Positions 56,018 to 64,000 of a stretch of DNA of 64,000 bases are shown piece after piece. Position 1 is the stretch's first letter. Every line of letters begins with the position of its first letter. Below the pieces are notes generated by a model. The model had not been told where the DNA came from and made no database searches. It worked only from the letters and a program-made list of their open reading frames with translations. Where the stretch lies: positions 2,855 to 66,854 of the forward strand of contig JAFZFX010000005.1 of NCBI GenBank assembly GCA_017555695.1, written 5' to 3'. The position numbers and the translations under genes were made by a program. The DNA comes from Alistipes sp. GTDB taxonomy: Bacteria > Bacteroidota > Bacteroidia > Bacteroidales > Rikenellaceae.

Positions 56018-57328
56018 ATGATTATAATGATGATTGCCGTATTCGTTATTGGATATGGATGTATCACTCTTGAACACAAAATCAAAATTGACAAGGCTGC
56101 GACAGCCCTATTTATGTTTGGCCTTATATGGTCGGTTTACGCTCTGTATACGGGCGATGTTAGTGATAGGCTTGTCGAGCATCTGGGTACAACCTGCGAG
56201 ACGCTGATATTCCTGATTGGAGCAATGACGATTGTCGAAGTTATTGATACTCACGGAGGATTTAGCGTTATCACCCGCCGTATCACATCCAGAAATAAGT
56301 TCCATCTGCTGTGGTTGCTCTCCATTTTGACCTTCTTCCTTTCGGCTGTGTTGGATAATATGACCACAACAATCATTATGGTTATGTTGTTGCGTCGTAT
56401 TATACCCGAAAGAGCAGACCGATTACTATTTGCAGCCATCGTAATTATCGCGGCCAATAGTGGTGGCGCTTGGTCGCCCATTGGAGATGTTACAACAATA
56501 ATGCTATGGATGCAGGGTAATGTTAATGCAGGTGGTCTGGTGGGTTATCTTTTCTTGCCGAGCGTAGTCTCGTTGCTTATTCCTACCTATGTCGTTGCGC
56601 GTAAATTTCGCAATGCTCCGCTATTGAGTGCTGATTATATGCAACAAGCCGATAACCAGCAGTATAACGTCGGCCCTCGTGTCAGCCGAGGTGTGCTATT
56701 GGCGGGTGTTTTGAGCCTGCTTTTTGTGCCCGTATTCAAGAGTGCGGTGGGGTTGCCTCCTTATGTCGGCATTATGTTGTCGCTTGGCGCAATGTGGATA
56801 CTAATCGAGATACTCTACGATAGGAAAGGGGTCGAAGAGGATTTGCAACACCGTGTGTCGAAAGTCCTGCACCGAATAGATATGTCTACAATACTCTTTT
56901 TCTTGGGTATATTGATGTCTGTGGCGGGCCTTCAGTCAGCAGGTATACTATCATCGGCGGCTGATTTTCTCGATAAGAATGTCCACGAAGTCTTTACTAT
57001 TGCTTCGACAGTCGGAATATTGTCGGCAATCGTAGATAATGTGCCGTTGGTTGCGGCGTGTATGGGTATGTATCCCGTGGCCGATGAGGCGATGATTGCC
57101 TCTGCCGCCGACCCGCAATATATGCAATTCTTTACTGAAAATGGTTTGTTCTGGTTGCTGCTGACCTATTGTGCTGGCGTTGGTGGTAGTCTGCTTATTA
57201 TTGGCTCAGCAGCAGGAGTCGTGGCTATGGGCTTGGAGAAGATTGATTTTTCGTGGTATCTGAAAAATATATCGTCAGTTATGTTGCTCGGCTACTTTGC
57301 GGGAGTTTTAGTCATCTTTATCGAATAG
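56018..57328 (+). CDS. nhaD: Na+/H+ antiporter NhaD
   Basis: GY..I.LEH..KIDK, FLIGAMTIVE.ID.HGGF, LDNMTT, AANSGGAWSPIGDVTT, IVDNVPLVAA, GGSLLIIGSAAGV. Confidence 0.92.
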   Translation: MIIMMIAVFVIGYGCITLEHKIKIDKAATALFMFGLIWSVYALYTGDVSDRLVEHLGTTCETLIFLIGAMTIVEVIDTHGGFSVITRRITSRNKFHLLWLLSILTFFLSAVLDNMTTTIIMVMLLRRIIPERADRLLFAAIVIIAANSGGAWSPIGDVTTIMLWMQGNVNAGGLVGYLFLPSVVSLLIPTYVVARKFRNAPLLSADYMQQADNQQYNVGPRVSRGVLLAGVLSLLFVPVFKSAVGLPPYVGIMLSLGAMWILIEILYDRKGVEEDLQHRVSKVLHRIDMSTILFFLGILMSVAGLQSAGILSSAADFLDKNVHEVFTIASTVGILSAIVDNVPLVAACMGMYPVADEAMIASAADPQYMQFFTENGLFWLLLTYCAGVGGSLLIIGSAAGVVAMGLEKIDFSWYLKNISSVMLLGYFAGVLVIFIE

Positions 57329-57389
57329 CTCATTTTTATGTAACTACGAATGTCGTCAATGCTATTGCTGCGAGAATCTCGCAACAAAC

Positions 57390-57432
57390 AATGGGGTTGC
57401 ACAACAAGCCGTTGGTTAGCCCCATTTTTTTT
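57390..57432 (+). terminator. Intrinsic terminator after nhaD
   Basis: AATGGGGTTG...TAGCCCCATT followed by a T-run. Confidence 0.65.
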
Positions 57433-57537
57433 GTTTAAGATGTGTTAATTTATAATTTTCTGCACCTTTTTTGAGGCGATTTTTTTGTTTGTTAGTTAAT
57501 ATAACTAAAAGATTTTCTCAGTGTGGCAAAAAATTAC

Positions 57538-57545
57538 TATTTTTG
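57538..57545 (+). promoter_or_regulatory. -7 element for the lon-kds operon
   Basis: TATTTTTG 20 nt before the ATG at 57566. Confidence 0.55.
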
Positions 57546-57565
57546 CAATCGAGAATATTGTAACT

Positions 57566-59986
57566 ATGAGTAAGAAGAATAATATTGATTTGACAGATTT
57601 AGAGGCACTCCCCGATTTGCTTGATGGACGCCATCAGGTAGTGCCCATTATTGCAAGCGGTGACGACATCGTTGAGAATGTAACCATTCCCGAGTCATTG
57701 CCCATTTTGTCGTTGCGCAGTTCAGTACTTTTCCCTGGCGCTATTACACCCATCACGGTTGGTCGTGAGAAGAGCATCAAGTTGGTGCGCGATGTGAATG
57801 CTTCAGGCGGTTTGCTGGGTGCTGTGTTGCAGCGCGAGAGCGAGGTGGAGATTCCTTCGCCCGATGATATGTACAAAGTGGGTACAGCTGCCCGCATCAT
57901 CAAGATATTGGAGATGCCCAATGGCAACCTGACCGTAATACTTAGTGGTTTGGAGAAGATTGAGGTAGGCGAATACCTTCAGTCAGAGCCATATTTGAAG
58001 GCTGTGGTACACACTATCCGCGATTCGCAGCCCGACGAGAATAATGTCGAGTTCCAGGCGCTGGTAGATTCTGTGCGCGAGGTGTCGCTCAACATCATCA
58101 ATATCTCGGCTTCGATGCCCAAGGAGGCGGTTTTTGCTCTTAAGAACCTCGACTCGCCCCGTGGCTTGATTAACTTCGTTTGCTCGAATATGGACTTTAC
58201 CGACGACGACCGTCAGGCGTTGTTGGAGGCTCCAGGTTTGTTGGCTCGTGCGCGCAAGTTGCTTGAGATTTTGGTGCGTGAGCAGCAGATGGCCGAACTC
58301 AAGAACGAGATTCAGGAAAAGGTTAAGCGCGAAATCGACAAGCAGCAGCGTGACTACTACCTGCAGCAGCAGATGCGTACCATCCAGGATGAGTTGGGTG
58401 ATGGCGCTGATGCCGAGATCGAGCAGATGCGCGAGCAGGCCAAGCAGAAGAATTGGAACAAAGAGATAGGTGAACTCTTCGAGAAGGAGTTGCAGAAGGT
58501 TGAGCGTTTGAATCCAGCCGTTGCGGAGTATTCGGTGCAGATGACATACCTGCAGTTGATGCTGGAGTTGCCGTGGAACGATGTTACGAAGGATAACCTC
58601 GATTTGGAGTGTGCCCGCAAGCAGCTCGATGACGATCACTTCGGTCTTGAGGAGGTGAAGGATAGAATCTTGGAGCATTTGGCCGTTATCAAACTTAAGG
58701 GCGATTTGAAATCACCCATCTTGTGCCTGTATGGCCCTCCGGGCGTTGGTAAGACTTCGCTCGGTCGCTCGGTCGCTACGGCTTTGGATCGTAAGTTTGG
58801 TCGCATCTCATTAGGCGGTCTGCACGATGAGTCAGAGATTCGTGGCCACCGTCGTACATACATCGGTGCTATGCCTGGTCGAATCATTCAGACCATCAAG
58901 CGTTGCAAGTCGTCTAACCCTGTAATCATTCTCGACGAGGTTGATAAGATTACCGTGAGCAATCACGGCGACCCCTCGTCAGCATTGTTGGAGGTGTTGG
59001 ATCCCGAGCAGAACACTACATTCCACGATAACTACCTCGATACAGAGTACGACCTCTCGAAGGTGTTGTTTATCGCTACGGCTAACGATATTGGCGCTAT
59101 AAATCCTGCGTTGCGTGACCGTATGGAGATGATTAATATTCCTGGATACATTCTCGAAGATAAGATTCGTATCGCTGCTGATCACCTTGTTCGCAAGCAG
59201 TGTGAGGCGCACGGCGTGAAGCCCGAGGAGTTTATTCTTTCGAATGAAATTCTTGAGAAGATAATCTCTGATTATACTCGCGAGTCGGGTGTTCGCTCTC
59301 TGGATAAGAATATTGCCAAGTTGGTGCGCGCACGAGCAAAGCATATCGCATTCGACGAGGCCTTTGCTCCCGAGCTTTCTGCAGCCGACATCGAGAAGAT
59401 TTTGGGTAAGCCCCGCTTCCGCAACGACGAGTATGAGATTGCGGGTATGGTTGGGGTGGTTACAGGTCTGGCGTGGACAGCAGTGGGTGGCGACATCCTC
59501 TACATCGAGTCAGTCCTCACTCCTGGTAAGGGTGCTCTTAACTTGACTGGTAACCTCGGTGATGTGATGAAGGAGTCAGCAACAATCGCTTATGAGTGGG
59601 TGCAGGCTCACCACGAGGAGTTGGGTATTGCAGCCGAGCGATTCGAGAAGCACAACATTAATATCCATGTTCCCGAGGGCGCAGTACCCAAGGATGGCCC
59701 GTCGGCTGGTATCACTATGGTGACATCTATCGTATCGACATACACTGGCCGCGAGGTCAAGGAGCGTATCGCAATGACTGGCGAGATGACTCTGCGTGGT
59801 AGAGTTATGCCCGTGGGCGGTATCAAGGAGAAGATTCTTGCGGCGAAGCGTGCTGGCATCAACGAACTGATATTGTGCGAGGATAACCGCAAGGATGTCG
59901 AGGAGATTAAGCCCGAATATGTAGAGGGTCTTAACTTCCACTATGTTAAGATGATTGACGAGGTTCTGGCCTTGGCGCTGAAATAG
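57566..59986 (+). CDS. lon: Lon protease (endopeptidase La)
   Basis: GPPGVGKTS, RGHRRTYIGAMPG, PKDGPSAG, GGIKEK. Confidence 0.97.
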   Translation: MSKKNNIDLTDLEALPDLLDGRHQVVPIIASGDDIVENVTIPESLPILSLRSSVLFPGAITPITVGREKSIKLVRDVNASGGLLGAVLQRESEVEIPSPDDMYKVGTAARIIKILEMPNGNLTVILSGLEKIEVGEYLQSEPYLKAVVHTIRDSQPDENNVEFQALVDSVREVSLNIINISASMPKEAVFALKNLDSPRGLINFVCSNMDFTDDDRQALLEAPGLLARARKLLEILVREQQMAELKNEIQEKVKREIDKQQRDYYLQQQMRTIQDELGDGADAEIEQMREQAKQKNWNKEIGELFEKELQKVERLNPAVAEYSVQMTYLQLMLELPWNDVTKDNLDLECARKQLDDDHFGLEEVKDRILEHLAVIKLKGDLKSPILCLYGPPGVGKTSLGRSVATALDRKFGRISLGGLHDESEIRGHRRTYIGAMPGRIIQTIKRCKSSNPVIILDEVDKITVSNHGDPSSALLEVLDPEQNTTFHDNYLDTEYDLSKVLFIATANDIGAINPALRDRMEMINIPGYILEDKIRIAADHLVRKQCEAHGVKPEEFILSNEILEKIISDYTRESGVRSLDKNIAKLVRARAKHIAFDEAFAPELSAADIEKILGKPRFRNDEYEIAGMVGVVTGLAWTAVGGDILYIESVLTPGKGALNLTGNLGDVMKESATIAYEWVQAHHEELGIAAERFEKHNINIHVPEGAVPKDGPSAGITMVTSIVSTYTGREVKERIAMTGEMTLRGRVMPVGGIKEKILAAKRAGINELILCEDNRKDVEEIKPEYVEGLNFHYVKMIDEVLALALK

Positions 59987-60012
59987 TCTATTCAATAAAA
60001 CTTTTAAGCAAA

Positions 60013-60783
60013 ATGGATAAAGCACTCAAATTCATAGCGTTGATTCCGGCTCGATATGCTTCGACGCGTTTCCCTGCCAAGCCTTTGGCTATTTTGGGCG
60101 GCAAGCCCGTCATCCAGCGTGTGTATGAGCAAGTTGCGCGCGTGGTGGAGAGTGTTGCCGTGGCTACTGACGATGAGCGTATAGCATCGGTGGTGGAGTC
60201 TTTCGGTGGCCGAGCCATTATGACATCACCCAACCATAAGAGCGGTACAGACCGCTGCTGGGAGGCTTATCAGAAGGTGGGCGAGGAGTACGATGTGGTA
60301 ATCAATGTGCAGGGCGATGAGCCTTTCATTGCCGAGTCGCAGTTGAAGGCCGTTATGGAGTGCTTTGCAGATGATAATACCGATATAGCTACGCTGGTCA
60401 AGCCCTTCGCCGAGGAGGATGGCATCGAGGCTCTGGAGAATCCCAACTCACCAAAGGTGGTATTGGATAGTGAGTCAAAGGCTATCTACTTCTCTCGCTC
60501 GGTGATTCCGTATTTGCGAGGTGTGGAGCGCAGTGAGTGGCTCAAGAAGCATACTTTCTACAAGCATATCGGAATGTATGCGTTTCGTAGCGATGTGCTG
60601 CGCCAGATTACAGCACTGCCCCAGTCGCCGCTGGAGTTGGCCGAGTCGCTGGAGCAGTTGCGTTGGTTGGAGAACGGATATAAGATTGGAGTTGGCATCA
60701 CCAATGTGGAGACTGTCGGCATAGATACCCCCGAGGATTTGGAGCGCGCCGAGGCTTTTTTGGCTGCGGGCAATAACCAATAA
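60013..60783 (+). CDS. kdsB: CMP-Kdo synthetase
   Basis: IPARYASTRFPAKPL, SGTDR, NVQGDEP, LEQLRWLE. Confidence 0.96.
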   Translation: MDKALKFIALIPARYASTRFPAKPLAILGGKPVIQRVYEQVARVVESVAVATDDERIASVVESFGGRAIMTSPNHKSGTDRCWEAYQKVGEEYDVVINVQGDEPFIAESQLKAVMECFADDNTDIATLVKPFAEEDGIEALENPNSPKVVLDSESKAIYFSRSVIPYLRGVERSEWLKKHTFYKHIGMYAFRSDVLRQITALPQSPLELAESLEQLRWLENGYKIGVGITNVETVGIDTPEDLERAEAFLAAGNNQ

Positions 60784-60821
60784 GCGTAGGGGAAATAATG
60801 AAGCAAAAACTTAATAAAAAT

Positions 60822-61571
60822 ATGAAAAAGTTTGTAGCAGGGCCGTGCGTGATTGAGTCGGCCGAGTTGTTGGACAAGGTGGCAGAGACACTTGTGGCTA
60901 TCAATGAGCGTTTGGGCGTTGAGGTAATCTTCAAGGCTTCGTTCGATAAGGCCAATCGTACATCGTTGTCGTCATATCGTGGCGTAGGACTCGATAAGGG
61001 TCTGCAGATGCTCGAGGATGTAAAGCGCAAGTGGGGCTTGAAGCTCTGCACCGATATTCACGAGTCGTGGCAGGCTGCTCCCGCAGGTGAGGTAATTGAT
61101 GTATTGCAGATTCCTGCGTTCTTGTGCCGTCAGACCGATTTGTTGGTGGCTGCTGCAGCAACGGGTCGCATCGTAAATATCAAGAAGGCGCAGTTCCTCT
61201 CTGGTGAGGATATGAAATACCCCTACGAGAAGGCTGTCAAGTCGGGTGCTGCCGAGGTGTGGCTTACCGAGCGAGGCAATATGTACGGTTATAACAATCT
61301 GGTTGTCGATTTCCGTAATGTGGCCGATATGTTGAAGATTGCGCCTACGGTAATGATGGACTGCACGCATAGCGTTCAGCGTCCTGGTGCTGCAGGCGGT
61401 AAGACAGGCGGTAACCGAGAGTTCGTTCCTGCTATGGCGCAGGCTGCAAAGGCTTTCGGTGCCAACGGATTCTTCTTCGAGGTGCATCCCGACCCCGATA
61501 ACGCTTTGAGCGACGGACCCAATATGCTCTATTTGAGTGAGCTGGAGGGCGTGATTAAATCGCTGTTGTAA
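60822..61571 (+). CDS. kdsA: Kdo-8-phosphate synthase
   Basis: AGPCVIES, KASFDKANRTS, QIPAFLCRQT, THSVQ; start 60798 or 60822. Confidence 0.96.
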   Translation: MKKFVAGPCVIESAELLDKVAETLVAINERLGVEVIFKASFDKANRTSLSSYRGVGLDKGLQMLEDVKRKWGLKLCTDIHESWQAAPAGEVIDVLQIPAFLCRQTDLLVAAAATGRIVNIKKAQFLSGEDMKYPYEKAVKSGAAEVWLTERGNMYGYNNLVVDFRNVADMLKIAPTVMMDCTHSVQRPGAAGGKTGGNREFVPAMAQAAKAFGANGFFFEVHPDPDNALSDGPNMLYLSELEGVIKSLL

Positions 61572-61595
61572 ACTGAAAACTTAAACAAGAATATA

Positions 61596-62561
61596 ATGAA
61601 TTCATTGACTTCGCAAGAGATACTCTCTTTGGCGCGTGAGACACTCAATAAGGAGGCCGAGGCCCTGAACTCTATGGCAACCAAACTGGACGACCAGTTC
61701 GTTGGTGCGGTGGATAGAGTGCTTAACTGCAAGGGTAAAGTCATCATCACTGGTATGGGTAAGTCTGGCCTTGTGGGTCGCAAGATTGCGGCTACATTGG
61801 CTTCGACAGGTACGCCCAGCTTCTACCTACACCCCGGTGAGGCCTTTCACGGTGACCTGGGTATGATTTCACCCGAGGATGTGGTGATTGCTCTCTCTCA
61901 TTCGGGCGAGACCGACGAGGTGTTGAAGATTGTGCCCTTTATCCAGAATAACGGCAATGTGCTGATATCAATCACCAGCAATGCAGAATCTACATTGGCC
62001 AAGAACTCTGACCTGCACCTCGACGTGTGTGTCAAGGAGGAGGCCTGCATCCTGCATCTGGCGCCTACAACATCCACAACGGCGCAGTTGGCTATGGGTG
62101 ACGCATTGGCTGTGGCACTGATGAAGGCTCGCAATTTTACCTCTATGGATTTTGCGCGTCTGCATCCAGGAGGTAGCTTGGGACGCAGATTACTGATGAC
62201 CGTTGGCAATGTGATGCGCAACAACGACCTGCCTGTAGTGTCACCTGATTGCGGTGCTACCGAGATGATTCATCGTATGACTCGTGGTGGCTTGGGTATG
62301 ATTATCGTCGTGGAGAATGGAGCTATCGTGGGTATCGTTACTGATGGCGACTTGCGTCGTGCTATGGAGAGTCTTCAGGCCGAGTTCTTCAACATTAGTG
62401 TGATGGATATAGCAACTCGCTCGCCCAAGACCATCAATGAGAACGCAAAGTTGATTGATGCCGAGAAGATGATGACGCAGCATAAGGTGAACTCTCTGCT
62501 GGTAACTAACGACGAGGGTGCGTTGAAGGGTGTGATACAGATTTACGACATTAAACTGTAA
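61596..62561 (+). CDS. kdsD: Arabinose-5-phosphate isomerase (KpsF/GutQ, SIS+CBS)
   Basis: GMGKSG, HGDLG, APTTST, HPGG.LG, CBS pair. Confidence 0.95.
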   Translation: MNSLTSQEILSLARETLNKEAEALNSMATKLDDQFVGAVDRVLNCKGKVIITGMGKSGLVGRKIAATLASTGTPSFYLHPGEAFHGDLGMISPEDVVIALSHSGETDEVLKIVPFIQNNGNVLISITSNAESTLAKNSDLHLDVCVKEEACILHLAPTTSTTAQLAMGDALAVALMKARNFTSMDFARLHPGGSLGRRLLMTVGNVMRNNDLPVVSPDCGATEMIHRMTRGGLGMIIVVENGAIVGIVTDGDLRRAMESLQAEFFNISVMDIATRSPKTINENAKLIDAEKMMTQHKVNSLLVTNDEGALKGVIQIYDIKL

Positions 62562-62599
62562 TCTCATATATAGACCTTAACCTAAACGAATTGTATAGT

Positions 62600-63928
62600 A
62601 TGAGGAAATTTGTTGCCACTCTACTCGCTGTGATGTGTTGCGTGGTATGTGTTTCGGCAGAAAGAGGGGGCTGGAAAAGCCTATTCAATGGTCGAAATCT
62701 GCGTGGTTGGGTGAAACTGAACGGCGAGGCGGAGTATCGTATAGAGAAGGGTGAGTTGGTAGGCGTCAGTACTGCAAATACCCCTAACACATTTCTTGCT
62801 ACCGAGCGTGAGTACGGCAATTTTATCTTGGAGTTGGAGTACAAAGTAGAGGAGGGTGTGAACTCGGGAGTGCAGATTCGTAGCCACTCGAAGCCTGAAT
62901 ATAAGGATGGACGAGTGTATGGCTATCAGTGCGAGATTGACCCTGCGGCATATTGTGGTGGCATATACGATGAGGCTCGTAGTGGTTGGTTGTACTCACT
63001 CTACGATGTGCCTCAGGCGCAGACAGCCTTCAAGCGTGGCGAATGGAACAAGATGAGAGTTGAGGCTGTGGGCGAGTCTGTAAGAGTATGGCTTAATGGT
63101 GAACCTACGGCCGATATCGTGTGCGATAAGGATATGTCGGGTTTCATTGCCCTACAAGTACACGAGATAGGCTCGAGAACCGAGTTGGTTGGTCGCACGA
63201 TTCGTTGGCGAAACATAAGAATCAAGACCGAAGGTTTGGAGAAGGAACTCTCTCCCGCAATTGAGAGCATCCCCCAGCGCAACCACATTCCTAATACAAT
63301 ATCTTCGCGCGAGGCGGCCGAGGGTTGGACGCTGCTCTGGAATGGCGATGATTTGTCGGGTTGGAAGAGCGTAGCGGGTAAGGATTTCAAGAAGGGTTGG
63401 AGCTGCAAAGATGGTGTGCTGACGATTAGCCCCAAGTCAGGTGCTGGAGATATTATAACCGAGCGTAAGTTCCACGATTTTGAGCTATCGATAGACTTCA
63501 AATTCGAGAAGGGTGCAAATAGCGGAATCAAATATTTTATAGGTGCAAACGGTAGCATAGGCTGCGAATTCCAGATTTTGGATGATGCTAATCATCCCGA
63601 TGCAAATGCAGGGTTTGAAGGCAATCGCAAGTTGGGCTCGTTGTATGATATTCTGCCTGCCGAGGGTTGGAAACATACTCGCCAAGGAGATTGGAATACG
63701 GCACGAATCGTTGTGTGTGGTAGCAGTGTAGAGCATTGGCTCAATGGCGTGAAGATTCTGTCGTATGAGCGTGACAATGCAGAGTGGGATAGATTAATCT
63801 CACGCAGCAAGTTTGCTAAAGAGAAGAACTTTGCAGCGGGTAACAACGGTGGCCACATATTGTTGCAGGACCATAACGATATGGTGCATTTCCGTAACCT
63901 GAAAATTAGAGAGTTGAACAAGAAATAA
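62600..63928 (+). CDS. Tandem DUF1080 (3-keto-disaccharide hydrolase-like) secreted protein
   Basis: Two repeats of LFNG..L.GW / NSG / Y(F)Q / WN / G.I.LQ.H / FRN..I; signal peptide. Confidence 0.9.
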   Translation: MRKFVATLLAVMCCVVCVSAERGGWKSLFNGRNLRGWVKLNGEAEYRIEKGELVGVSTANTPNTFLATEREYGNFILELEYKVEEGVNSGVQIRSHSKPEYKDGRVYGYQCEIDPAAYCGGIYDEARSGWLYSLYDVPQAQTAFKRGEWNKMRVEAVGESVRVWLNGEPTADIVCDKDMSGFIALQVHEIGSRTELVGRTIRWRNIRIKTEGLEKELSPAIESIPQRNHIPNTISSREAAEGWTLLWNGDDLSGWKSVAGKDFKKGWSCKDGVLTISPKSGAGDIITERKFHDFELSIDFKFEKGANSGIKYFIGANGSIGCEFQILDDANHPDANAGFEGNRKLGSLYDILPAEGWKHTRQGDWNTARIVVCGSSVEHWLNGVKILSYERDNAEWDRLISRSKFAKEKNFAAGNNGGHILLQDHNDMVHFRNLKIRELNKK

Positions 63929-63938
63929 TACCATAGAT

Positions 63939-64000
63939 ATGAAAGATACGATAATAACTGCTGGCGCAAAGCGTCGTGAGTTGTGGATATTGTTGGCCTG
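63939..64000 (+). CDS. Start of a probable small membrane protein, truncated at the window edge
   Basis: MKDTIITAGAKRRELWILLA..., starts 10 nt after the previous stop. Confidence 0.5.
   Translation, partial: MKDTIITAGAKRRELWILLA

Noticed and set aside
1-64000. CRISPR arrays, tRNA/rRNA, IS elements, prophage or defence genes
   Set aside because: Intergenic gaps are all short, with no spaced repeats or cloverleafs, and no ORF shows transposase, integrase, RT or phage motifs

Overview
64 kb of chromosome from a Bacteroidales bacterium, most likely Alistipes/Rikenellaceae-like. This is inferred from TAnnTTTG -7 promoter elements, A-rich start regions without Shine-Dalgarno motifs, a homodimeric GlyRS and fimbrillin-type lipoproteins. 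The first ~4.9 kb is the AT-rich 3' end of a surface-polysaccharide locus. Next come exported carbohydrate-active enzymes (GH78, SGNH+alpha/beta esterase, GH2, an unassigned large protein, GH20), a thioesterase/LytTR/acyl-CoA ligase module, and housekeeping genes (waaA, pepE, acpP-fabF-rnc-radC, glyQS, ruvX, def, glgB, rnhA, valS, purC, lon, kdsB-kdsA-kdsD). I saw no tRNA, rRNA, CRISPR array, transposase or integrase. The best lead is a leaderless, signal-peptide-bearing, His-rich 112-aa ORF upstream of nhaD. The RNA just after its stop codon pairs with the nhaD translation-initiation region, a SecM/VemP-like layout. Other leads: an unannotated 35-aa YxxP peptide ahead of a fimbrillin-like lipoprotein, an RNase III with a ~170-aa disordered Arg-rich tail, a LytTR-type repeat array before fadD, and a CxxCH beta-propeller/DUF6057/GH-like trio. 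Family calls come from motif recognition only; no searches were run.
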